A DNA stretch of 64,000 nt from Vicugna vicugna (lineage: Eukaryota). Position 1 is the first letter of the stretch; each line of letters starts with the position of its first letter. Below, piece after piece: positions 1 to 11,695 of this stretch. A program made the translations under genes and the position numbers. Below the pieces are notes generated by a model. It worked only from the letters and a program-made list of their open reading frames with translations. It was not told the origin of the DNA and did no database searches. The stretch covers positions 5,090,508 to 5,154,507 of the forward strand of contig MU058584.1 of the NCBI GenBank assembly GCA_013265495.1. Direction: 5' to 3'.

Positions 1-459
1 ATCCTGAAGCTCCCCACATTGTTCTGACGGTCAGTCTCAGCTTTCTCAGGGGTCTGGAGGACTTGGGATCATGAGACTTGGTGTGTCCTGTAGGGAAGCA
101 AGGTGACACATCCTGAGTGCCTTGGAAGATCCAGTTCATGAGCGTTTACCAACCCCTTCCCTCTGAGCATTTAGCAGGAGAAGGAGCCTCCTTAAAGGGG
201 ACTTTCCACTCCAGGGGAGAGTATTTCCACTGTCTCTGCTGTTGCCCCTCCTCCCCAGCACGGTCTGTCCGCTGCTTCCGCTGGTCGTGCTGGTCCCTTA
301 ACTACGATTCACACTCCTGCTCACTTTCCCGCCTCTGCACACTTGGACGTCCTTTGACACTGTACAAGCACTTAACCTCTGTGGGCCTCAGAAGCTGGAC
401 TTGGCCACCTAGGAAGCCTGTCATCTCTCCTAACTCTAAAAACACATGCCGGCTCCAAA

Positions 460-605
460 TCAGTGCTTCTCAAAGTGAGGTCCTCAGACCATCTGCGTCA
501 AGGAATAATGTGCTAGAGGCAGATTCCTGGGGCTCCGTCAGCCCTACTGAAGTGGAACTCCTGGAGATGGGGCCCCAGGATCTGTATTTTCAATGAGCTT
601 CCCCT
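460..605. mobile_element. MER5A-like hAT-Charlie non-autonomous DNA element
   Basis: Starts CAGTGCTTCTCAAAGTG (Charlie-type TIR); internal 'agattcctgggctcc...ggggccccaggatctgtatttt' is typical of MER5A. Confidence 0.7.
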
Positions 606-1539
606 CCCCCCAGCAGACTTTCCAAGTCTACAACCATAGGCTAGGGTGCGTATTCATTTCCCATGAATGTGTCTGACTTCATACATTTCCCTGAGTGAGG
701 CAGAACCAGGCAAGGCTCCTCTGCCAACTCCCCAGCTGCTGGTCCAGGTCCAGGTGTGCCCCCGGCACCACGGCCCATGGGCTGCAGTGAGGGCTTTATC
801 ATCCTGCTTTCATGGCGCACACCGGCGGCCTCCAGCTCACACACTGGCCACGAGGACAGCGACAGAGCAGAACTGAGAACCACAGCAAAGGCAGCAGCCC
901 AGCCTCCCCTCCGGTCCCCGTCAACATCTTGGAGCTGAGCATGCTGCATGCTAATGACTTCTATTTTCTATCCTAGCTTCTTAAAATGCTGCAATATTAA
1001 CATCTACCAAAATAATTCACTCTCTGGCAGGGCGATTGCTTCATCTGAGCAGCAGCACTGATAGAGGCTGCAGCATTTCTGCTATGTTGCCAGAGCCATG
1101 CAGGGTGTGCGTGCGCACACATCTGTGCACATTCATGCACTCTTACCTACATGCACATACTTTACTTATAATCTACATGAAATTAAATAACACAGTATGT
1201 GGAAAGTGCCTGAAGAGGGCCTCGTACTAAAAAAAAAGGGGGGGGTTACGGTTTTGTGAGTGATGCACTGGACAATCTCCATTTCACTTTCCTTTCCCAC
1301 ACGCATCAGGACAAGTCAAAGGGATTCCTGATCTGTTTCCTGGACAAGATTTGCCTTTGACTTCCTGGAGGGAACAGTTTGCAAAGATGTGCATTTGGAT
1401 GGAGCAATATGAGTGGAAGGTAGAAGATTGGTGGGCAGAAGTGGGACTGGCTTCACAGTGAAGAAGGAACCACGAGGATGCTCCCCATCATCATGTAAGT
1501 GAGGAGCACATTCTTCTCCTACGGGGTAGCTGTCAGCCA

Positions 1540-1962
1540 CAAGCAGTCACTTCTCCTTCCTACAAGGTGCCCTGGGATGTTTTATGCACTGCATTAATGT
1601 GCTCTCCTGCCCTTGGGTTGGCCAATGGGAGGCACCAGGAGAATATTAAAGGATGAGAGGAAAGGGTCAAAATATTCATTTCCCTGCCTGCCAAGCCCTG
1701 GTAGGCAGTAGCTGGGTTTCTCACCATGAAGCCTCAGTCTCTGTTGGCTGGTCCCTCTTCCAAGGCTAGATTCCAGTAACATCACCCTTTACCCTGCCAC
1801 TTCCGGCCTGGGAGCACTGTTTCAGCTGTTTCTAGTGTAGCTGGCCCAGGTGTGGGTGTTCACCCTTAATCCTGCTCACATCTTTGTATATGGTTCTTTC
1901 ATTTATTCTCTCCAGTCATTCCTCCTGAGTATGTACCTACTTCCTGCCAGGACCTGACTGAT
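1540..1962 (+). mobile_element. LTR33-like ERVL solo LTR remnant
   Basis: Motif 'ttggccaatgggaggcaccagg...gagaggaaagggtcaaaatattcatttccc' and end 'ttcctgccaggacctgactgata' resemble LTR33. Confidence 0.55.
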
Positions 1963-2489
1963 ATAAGAGATAACAGGCTGGATTCAATATAAGGCCAATT
2001 CTGAAACATGATGACAGTCCCCAGCTCTGGACATCAGTCTCTAGCTGCTTGTGGCTGTTAGAGACCATGCAGACTCTATCCTTGGAGATCTTCCTGAGCA
2101 AAGGAAAATGACAATTCACTGATCTGCATTCTCACATCAGTGTGTCTCACCGTGGCACACACTTTCACATGCATGATACTGAATGTCATCTCTGTACGCT
2201 CTGAAGGATATCTTATCCCTATTCTTCGAAGCAGATGATTGATGCTAAAAGAGAAACTTGCCCAAGGTCACCTAGCTGGTGAAGATAATCTGTTTTAAAG
2301 TGTGGTAGAACACAAAGCTTTTCCTTTCAAAATGAGGGCTCTCTCAGGGTTGTATCAGAATCACACCGATGGCTTGCAAAAAAAAAAAAAAAAGGGGGAG
2401 ATTCCTGGTCCCCATTCAGAGCCTGCTGCAGGTCTGGAGAAGGACCTGGAATGCGAATCCACAATGAACCTGCCGGTTCCCTCTTCTCT

Positions 2490-2800
2490 GCCCCTGCAAA
2501 GCTCCACTTTTAGATCTCAGCTTGAGTCTAATTCCTGGGGAAGCCTTCTTGACTTTCTTGACTCAGACAAATTCCCAATCTCACTGTCACGATCCTGCAT
2601 AAACGTTCTTCATAGCCTTTATCACAATCACAATTTTATATTTACTTGTGTAATTATTTGATAACATCTGATTTCCCCAACTAGACTACACGTTCCATCA
2701 GGGCAAGTTCTGTGTCTGATTTTACTCACTGGTGTGTTTTCAGGTACTGTGCCTGGTACATTCTTGGCATTTAATAGATGTTTATCAGATGTCTGTTGAC
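2490..2800 (+). mobile_element. L2 LINE 3' fragment
   Basis: 'tttagatctcagcttga...gggaagccttct...ccccaactagact...cagggcaag...gtgcctggtaca' matches the L2 3' end pattern. Confidence 0.6.
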
Positions 2801-3790
2801 TGGATCACATGATCCAAGAGGTCAATTTCAGCCTTCTGATTCTATAAATACTTGTTTGTCTGCTGCCTCTTAAGACACTGAATTTAGATCAAGAAGTAGC
2901 TTAGAAAGGATGGTTTTTCTGACTTACATTGCTTGCCATGACCCCAGTATATCCAAGCAGCTGCTGTCTGGTGAGCTGGGTGATTAGACATCTGAAAGCA
3001 GGGGACAAGCCTGTGGGTTCACCGCTGTATCCCCAGAGTCCATCACAGGGACTGGTGCATTGATCTCAGGTGCTGAATCAGCCTTTCCCTGCATGGATGA
3101 GTTGAAATAGGACAGCATCAATGAAGTAAAGGTACGCTCCAATCCTCCTTTCTCAGTTCAAATTTTTCCCCCTCAAAAAAATGCTTCCAGGAGCCACTGA
3201 GGCAAGGCTTGAACTAATGTGGTACCCTGACTTGTGACCTTACAGAGAGAATAATCAACAATCAACACATACCACGTGGCAATATCCAAAATGAGATGGC
3301 TTTAGGAAAAAAAATATAATTCATGGAGAGAAGATGCAAATCTGCAAAAAGTGTCATGCTGTGTAATCCAAAGTAACCAATGGCATTGACTAAAGAGAAG
3401 CCTCCAATTGCATAAAAAATGCAAAGAAGTTCTGGTCTTTTTAGCTACATGTATATGATAATACAAAAAGCAGTGTCATATAAAACCTTCTCTCTCTTTC
3501 TCTCTCTCCATGTATACATGTGTGTATGTGTGTGTACGGATGTGTGGCTGAAGCAGACAGCTCATTTCAATTGGACATCCCAAAGAGAATGCACTTTATT
3601 TCAAAAGGCACCAAATGACTTTATTCTGATAAGCTCAGTAAACTAGATTATCAGTACATTCTGAGGTATTTTGATTTTATTTGACTTCACGCCCCACAGT
3701 GCACCCAATGGTCCTTGTCTCTCTCAGGCAGGGGCATGATTACCCTGTTCATTTTACTACAACCAGTAGTGACGGTCTTGTAAGGCCTGC

Positions 3791-4231
3791 TGGAGTGGCT
3801 TAAATCGTGTCCCCCCAAATTTGTGTCCATCCAGAACCTCAAAATGTGACTTTCTCTGGAATAATGGTCTTCGCAGATGTAATTAGTTAAGAATCTCAAG
3901 ATGAAATCATCTTGGATTTAGGGTGGCCAATGACTGGTATCCTCATAAGAGCAAGAATGCAGAGAGACACAGAGAAGGGGGTGACGTGAAGATGGGGCAG
4001 AGACTGGAGTGATGATCTACCAGCCAAGGAACCCCAAGAGTTGCCGGGAGCTGCACAAGCTGGGACGAGGCAAGGAAGGATTCTCACCTAGAGCCTTCAG
4101 AGGGAGCATGGTCCTCTTGACGCCTTGATTTCAGACGTCTGGCCTCCAGAATGGTGAGAGAATACGTTTCTGTTGTTTTATGCCACCAGGTTTGAGGTTA
4201 TTTCTCGTGGCAGTCCTAGGAAATGAATACA
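3791..4231 (+). mobile_element. MLT1C-like MaLR solo LTR
   Basis: TG...CA ends; 'cagaacctcaaaatgtgact', 'gcagatgtaattagttaag', 'gagccttcagagggagcatgg', 'gcagtcctaggaaatgaataca'. Confidence 0.85.
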
Positions 4232-4239
4232 CTTGGGTT

Positions 4240-4720
4240 CTAGGCAGTTCTGCCCATCCCTGGAGCGATAGTTATCTTCCAGTCACACACTTGCCAGGCT
4301 TCTCAGTCTCCTTCAAGCACCTTCTTCTCTCTCTGACAGCACTCTACCTGCTCTGGGTGCCGCTCCACATCACAGCGTTGGCTCCTGAGCAGCGGCAGAG
4401 CTGAGGGACTGCATGACGTACTCATGCAGTACGGTGAGAGGCAGGGCGCTCTCAGGGAAGAGGAGAGGGGCACCTCCATCAAAGGGGATGAGAAAACGGC
4501 AGGAAACGGGTAGATAAATGTTCCTTCCACTGATTGCTCCAAGGGACACTTTCTCCTTTCAAACATGCCAGAGAAGCCCTGACTCTCCAGGGAACATGCC
4601 TGCCTGTGCTTCACCTCTTTCCTCATCTCACTCGCACCCAGATCTGCATCTCCCAAATAGAGACTTGATGCTTTAGTCCCTGCCTCAGGCTATGACTTTT
4701 AGAGGACCCTGGGAAGACAG
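4240..4720 (+). mobile_element. LTR16-like ERVL LTR remnant
   Basis: 3' end 'tgcatctcccaaata...gcctcaggctatgacttttagaggaccctgggaagaca' resembles the LTR16 terminus. Confidence 0.5.
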
Positions 4721-4734
4721 GATGGCATAAATTG

Positions 4735-4880
4735 AGTAAATTAGTGAATGTCTCAGGGCCTCAGTTTCTTCCTCTGTAAATTGGGAAAATTGACATTTTC
4801 TACCTCATTCAATTTTGTGAGAATTAAATAAGTCAACATATATAAAATACTTAAAAGGTACCAGTGATGTAATAAGTGAT
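4735..4880 (+). mobile_element. MIR SINE
   Basis: MIR core 'gcctcagtttcttcctctgtaaattggg...ttgtgagaattaaat'. Confidence 0.7.
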
Positions 4881-5289
4881 AAAATAATGTTAATAGTTAC
4901 AAGGTGTGAGATTTTGGTTTTAATACCAAATGCTAATGAGAATTCTCCCTTAAGCCCTAATCCTTTAGGAACCATCTGATAACTACATAAATATCTTACT
5001 TTAAAGTGATCAGAAAAAAGAAAGAAAGGAGGGGAAAAAAAACAAACCAGCATGTGGAGAAAGAGTAATTGGTGGAAAAGGGCCTGAGAGTAAACATTGT
5101 TTTCGCCAGTTCTCAGTTCATAAATCTTTCTTTAAAAAAAAAATAACTGATTACCATAACAGAGAAAAGAATTTCCAGTTCCTTTTGACAAAGGCAGAGG
5201 GTACATGGCTTAGCTCTGTGAGCAAGTTTATCAGCAGAAACCACTTCACAGATAGAACAAAAGCTGCCATCCCCACGGCTCTGTGCTGG

Positions 5290-5490
5290 GCATCAGGCTG
5301 AACTCTATATGCTCGTCAACACATTTGATCCGCACATTTGATTTAATCCCTGTGAGATGGGATTATACACATTTTAGAAATGAGAAAACTGTTCGGGGAA
5401 GGACATAAGTAGTTGCCCAAGGCCACACAGACACACTGTAGAGCACCTGGGATTTGAACCCAAGAATTCTGACTTCAAAGCCCATCGTCT
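5290..5490 (-). mobile_element. MIR SINE
   Basis: Antisense core 'cattttagaaatgagaaaactg...gcccaaggccacacag...gggatttgaaccc'. Confidence 0.7.
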
Positions 5491-5715
5491 AATGTTTCCC
5501 TATAGTGTGTGAGGCAGCCTGAGTTTAGCTTCAAAGCCAGACGCTTATGACAATGATGGAAAAGTACCAAAGGAGCAGAGGATAGTTTACAAGTTTCCCC
5601 ATAGGAGTAACCTGTTTCCTCAAACTGCTTGGATTGGATACCCTTACAAGTGAGATTGCATAGTTCTGAAAGGAGGTGCTCCATGCCCAGCAACCCTTGT
5701 CCTGTTAATTAGGAG

Positions 5716-5717
<2 letters not shown>

Positions 5718-5756
<39 letters not shown>
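5718..5756. repeat. (AC)19 microsatellite
   Basis: Perfect dinucleotide run read directly. Confidence 0.97.
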
Positions 5757-5759
<3 letters not shown>

Positions 5760-7079
5760 CTTAACATCTGAAACAGACCCAGGAAACATTAAAAAAAAAA
5801 AGTGGCTTACAGGAAGCGCATGGTTCCAAACCACAGTACTAACGCACACTGCAGAAAGCCAAGGTCAACAGCATGGAGGGTGAGTCTCCTTAAACAAAAC
5901 TTCCCTAGCACTGCTCACGTGGGGGAGTCGGAGCTCCGTGTAAACACCACCCCCGGGCAATAGCGCCCCACTCCCTGACGCAAGTCCCTCCCTTGCTCCG
6001 GTCGGTCTCAGCCTGCCCTTCGGGTGCGGGGACTCTGCTCGCCTGGCCCAAGAACGATGAATTCGGCTGTGCGGGGGGTGCTGGGAAGAGCAGTAATTTT
6101 CCTGAGCCACAAGAACTGACATTTTCCCATGGCTAATCAGAAAGGACCTAAGCACTGTAATGTTAGTAAATCCCTTAGAGCTCCTGGGATAAAAGACATT
6201 ACATAAGCATTAATTACTATTGCAGTTGGAAGGAAGAAGAGCTACTACAGTAAGTATTTTGAAAGGCTGGCATGGAAGGCTTTGAGCCAGGGCTGACTTA
6301 CAATGCCTTTTGCTGCTCCTTTCACTGAAGGCATCATCACACGGCTTCCCTGCAAATCAGCTTGCTGGCTGGCTGTCCACTCGATGGACGGCAGGAAGGA
6401 TAAGAACATTTCCCCTGGAAAATGTGTTCTTAAAATGTACTCGGACTCATTAAAAGCAGGATGTAACATATGGAAGTACGGACAAAAGGGTTTTTTGCAT
6501 TTCTTCCATTCTTCTCTTCTATGGGGACTGTACTATGGAAAAGACAATTACTCTGTATGACTTGGACACTTAAGCGACACTCATTTCTACAATGATTTTG
6601 TTGGATTGTTTATAAACAATCCTCTTGCCACTTTAATTGGAGTTGTATAAATGCTATATCTGAGTTTGGAAAAGGTATTCGCTTTGGAAAAAGTACTTTC
6701 TTCCCATCCTGGAATGTAAAGTACTTGTGCATATTAAAGCAAAAGCATCCATGAAAGCTTGCTGGGAGCTCGGATAAGTCATCAAACCTCTCTGAGCCTC
6801 GGTTTCATTTGTTAAACAAGGTGATGGTATTAAATGAGAAGCCCTTTCCAACTGGAACACTTAGTAATTCTATATTTAAAATATATTCTTGGGGGAGAAA
6901 TACTCTTTTTTAGTGTAGTCAAAGCTTCTGTCTCTGAAACCTAAATTGCTAGTTGTGGGGGGAAAAAAAATCAATTCTTGAGAAAGACTTGGAGCTGTCC
7001 TCTCATAGTCTACCCCTGCTTCTTCCCCAGAGCTGCATGAGTCAGCAACAAGAATTACTCTTAACTATCCAAAAGTATC

Positions 7080-7440
7080 ATGACTTCTCTTACTTTCTGG
7101 CCTTTGCATAGTCTTCCAAGGGCACAGACTTTCCATGCCTTCTTCCCCATTCGCTGCGCTCACACCGATCCACCCTGCAGACTTCAGCTTCGATGGCACC
7201 TCTCTTGGGAAGTCTTCCCTGAGGCTCCCATCTGGATAGTGTCCCACCTGTGACTTCCTGATTAAGTGCCCCTATTATACCACTGCCCAAAACTCAGTGT
7301 ACTTGCCTGTTATTTTATAGAAACTTCCTCTAGATTGTAAGATCCCTGAAGGGAGAAATTTTGTGTTATTTACCCCTACATCCTATTTCTAACAGAGTAT
7401 CTGGCCCCATAGTAGCTGTTTAATACATATTTATTGTTGC
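7080..7440 (+). mobile_element. L2 LINE 3' fragment
   Basis: 'gcctttgcatagt...gggaagtcttccctga...tagattgtaagatccctgaaggg...catagtagctgttt'. Confidence 0.6.
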
Positions 7441-10400
7441 TATGATAAAATTGTAAACTCTGAGCAGTCTTCGATCATCAACAGTTCAGCAACAATTTAG
7501 TACCTCTGAGTAACATTTTCACACTTGCTGTCAGTTGGTTCTTCTAGGTGCCCATTACCATGGCAAGCGGCTCCATGAATCACCAGCATGGTTAGACTAC
7601 CCAAGGGCATTTGGGCACTTACCCTATGACCAGCTGAGAAACATGCTGTTTTTACTTTTCTGGGACAGAGAAGGAAGGACAATCTGCAGAGTCTCTCTAG
7701 GATGCTGGAATCAGACATCTCCCTTGCCCTCTTTCAAGAGATGACCCAGATCTGTGAAGGTGCACTCGGACAGTGTTTGCCCCGAGACTTCCTGAGAGAA
7801 TGACAGAGGAGGACTTGTTACCATTTATGGCGAGTCTAATGCAAAGTTCCCCAAACCCCACAAGGACTAGAACACCCCAAATCCAAACTTTGAGGAAGGA
7901 GACCCATCTACAAATTTTGACTTCGAGTCCTTTAAAAGAGTAGTCCAGAGAAAGCCAAGGATCAGCATCTGAATACAAAGTGTTTTACATCATAATCGTC
8001 TTCATAAATATCATCCAATGATGCACTCATCCCTTCTGCCTCTTAATTGCTATCTGATTTTGACCCAAGTGTCTTTACTTTCTGAGGACACATTCTTTCC
8101 TTTGTAAAATAAGGGAAGCAGTACTCATCTGGGGAGGTTATGGTGAGAATTACTCTGCTCCCTTTTCTTTCTCATTGCCAGTTTATAATCCAACAGATAA
8201 TATTCCAACTGACAAAAGGAAATTGATTTGATGAAAGGAGTCTAGGACATTTGTTTTTGAATTCGCCTTCTGGTCCTGGGTTGGAAAAAGGAAGGAAGTA
8301 AAGGTATAGTTATGGTTCAAAGCCCAGAAGTCTTTGATCAGCTTCATGGAGCCTCTTCTTCTCCTAACGGATTAGAGATGTTGGAAGAAAGGAATTATTG
8401 GGACTTGAGATCAAACCCCTGCTCTTCAACATTCCTTGACATCTCAAGTAAGTAAACTTAATTCACCGAGTCTCCTCCATTGTAAAAATTGGGATAATGA
8501 GATCCAGTTCTCAAGAGTATTATGACGATGAAATGATAATTGTGTCTTTGGGGTGCTCAGTTAACGCCTGACTCAGAGAAACTGCTCAGGAGTTAAGAAC
8601 GACTCCTGTACTCTTTTCTAGGCTGCCACAGTCCTGCCCTCTGAGACTCAGTTTCCACTGCTCATCCAGGAAACACAGCAGTGCAACCTGGGATGCTTTC
8701 ATCTGCTGCGGCTTAGAGAACTCACTCCGATAAGCAGGTGCATGGGGGACTGGTGAGGGCAGGGGTTCTGCAGTCAGCAAGAACCACCTTTGGCACTTGG
8801 AGTTATTTGAACTCTAAGCCTGTGAGCGCCCAGTTGTAAAGTAGGGATAATAGTATCTACTTCATAGGATTGTTGTGAGTATGAAATGAGAAAATCGCAC
8901 TGCTTTGTAGTAAGCACTCAATAAATGCTATCTGTTCACTATTTTAGGAAATAAGAGTTCAGCTCAAATGCTTCCCTTTCTCTGCAGAGTTTCCTGATCA
9001 CACATCTAAGATGTAATTGCTGGGAGCTGCCATGACACACTGCCTGTATTTCTTTCCAGCATGAAACTGTCATGCTGCCATGTGTTAAAATTAGCAGCTT
9101 ACACGAGACGCCCACGCAGAGCTGTGTGCTTCTTGAGGACCAAGCCTGCTTGTTTCAGCAGTGAGCTCCTCACAACCAGTGAGGGTACAGAGGAAAGGCT
9201 CAAAAGCCATTGTTCAACTGAACTGAAATGACGAGTTAAAACAGAAAACTCCTTCTGCCAAACATGAGAACTGGGAAGAGAGGTGCTATGTCTCCCCAGC
9301 AACAACAAAAGCAGCAAGAAACAAGTCAGATTCAACAGCCACCCTGACAGGGTTGGTCGGGAAATCGGTTGAGAGTGAGAAGAAGTAATAATTCCATTTT
9401 ATAAGAAAAAAAATCATTGAGAAAAATATTTATGTGTTAAAAGGAAAGGACTTAACTCTTAAAGTTAATGGTATCAAACAAGTTGTTTGGAGAGCACCGA
9501 GATGCATGAATTGGGCAGTTTTCCCCCGGTTTGCCAGGAAAGGGAATGAAGGTCACTCAACACCTGGCAGTTCAACCTCTCAGATTCAACTTTATTTACT
9601 GTCACTCGGCTAAAGACAAAGCCGCTTAAACAATGTGTACGTAGAATAGACATTCATTGATGGATCACTCGTAATGACCATTTGTGAACTCTACAGCTTG
9701 TCACCCATGTGCAGACAGCGTTTTACGGACAGACTCTGAGACGGGTGGGGGGATGAAGTGAGGAGAGAGAGGAATGGCAATTATAAACCTCTTCAGGTTT
9801 CCACCCACCCCACTTCCTCCTTATCTGGGAAATTTTACCTTCTCCGTTATTGTCCAAGAGTCTGTTGTGCAAACGCCTGACACCTGACAGACCTGCTGGA
9901 TGAGAACTGCGGTATGAGGTTTCAGATATGAGGGCTAGATACGGCAGTAATTTTCCATGAAACAAAAGCAAGCAGCATCCTCCGACTCCAGGGCTTCATC
10001 AGAGGAGATCAAAACACTTGCCACCTACCAAACGTGTGAGCAGGATGCGGTGCAGGAGAAAGAGATGGAGGGGGTATTTATTCATGCACGTATGCAGCTC
10101 CTGTCCTAAATCAGAGCCAAACTGGAGGCCAGTACACCTAAGAAATGCAGTGTTTCACCAATACAATTCTAGCTCCACATCAATGTTAACGAGCCATTTA
10201 TAATTATGGTGAAAAATGGTATTTTTCAAAACTAAATTTAATATCTATCGTTTGCCTGAAAAGCCCAGAGGATATTGGTGTTAGTGGGGATGATTCTAAT
10301 TCTATTCTCCTAGAAGTCCACAGACTTTTGTCCATGTCTGGGATCAGCCTTGCTCTCATAGAAAATGTCAGGTAAGTTGCTTACCCATACAGGTTTGGGA

Positions 10401-11648
10401 GGGGGTGGGCGTTTCCCAACTGGTAAAATGAGATGGCTGGTGTAGCTTATCTCCAAGACTGTGATTCTCAGCATTCTGAAGATCACAGACAACTTTGAGC
10501 ATCTGATGAAAACTCCAAACTCTAAACTTTCCGGAAGAAAGTGCATACATCAGACTTTCAACATACATGTTCAGGGTGTTATGGATGCCTTGAATTCATC
10601 CACAGACCATGGATCCCTGCTCTAAAGGATTCTTTCCTAGTATTTTATGACTATGAATTCCTACCAAGAGAGGATAAACCACAAGGGTACTGCTCCTGCC
10701 TTCAAAGATACCAATTTTCAATACAATATTCCAGACAATGTCAGGCTAAAAATGAAAAAATATCTGGCATTTCCTAACTTTTAACCCATATAGTATCACA
10801 ATGTTTTAATCAAACAATTTCAAATTATAAGTCTTAGTTTCCTTTCTGTATATTTATAAATAAATAAAATTTCCTAACGAACCAAATTTTCTACTTGCAC
10901 TATATTTCAAAGATATTTCCCCAGGGGAAAAAAAAATGACCCTAGACTGTAAATATAAACTAACAATCACATTTTAATAAAAACTAATATGTACCTGTGA
11001 AGCCTCATTGGCCTGATTTAAGGAACCACCACCATGTGACCACTGTTTTAGAACATCAGGAAAACAAACTTGAGGAGTGACCACTCAGCAGAAGCACTGT
11101 GTCCATACAATCAGTTTCCCTTTAAAAAATCTTCTTTGCGAACTGAAGGATTTTAAAGATTAATCCAGGAGAAAAGTCAGGAGGATGGTGAGAGGTGACA
11201 AGCACAGGAGATTTCAACAAAGCAGGAAAATGTCCAGAAAATATCTCCATTTGGAGGAAGAAGGATTAAGTATCCTAGCACCTTCCAAATCCCATCCTTT
11301 TTTCCTACTTAAAAAATTGTTTGGACTGTCTTATTTACTGGCAGATTTCCAAAGCCCATGTCAGCCTCTGGTCCATTGTTCTTTTTGTAAATTCTCTTCT
11401 TCTTTCCTCCCATCTTTTAGCAAAAAATAAAAAAATGATCAGAGTAAGAAGCAAAAATATCTGTATGTACCTCATCCTCCTGTTGCAATGTCTCAAATCC
11501 TATTAGATTCAGTTCCTCGGGCCAACGCGTTAAGTGGCCAACCTGTCCCTGTTTATGCTGTAAATATTTCTGGAGTGGTTAAGATTTTAATGGGATTGTA
11601 ATAATTAATACGATGTGAAATGTGGTCTCCCGGTTTAATTCCTCACAG

Positions 11649-11695
11649 TTAGCTGAGACTGGGCATCGAGGAAACCCAACGCTGAGCAAGGACAG
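11649..11695 (+). other. Candidate 47-nt non-coding exon
   Basis: Acceptor 'tctcccggtttaattcctcacag|' and perfect donor 'CAG|GTAAGT' in non-repetitive DNA; no expression evidence. Confidence 0.25.

Noticed and set aside
117..596. 159-aa ORF
   Set aside because: GTG start, 3' part runs through a MER5A-like element, no recognisable domain.
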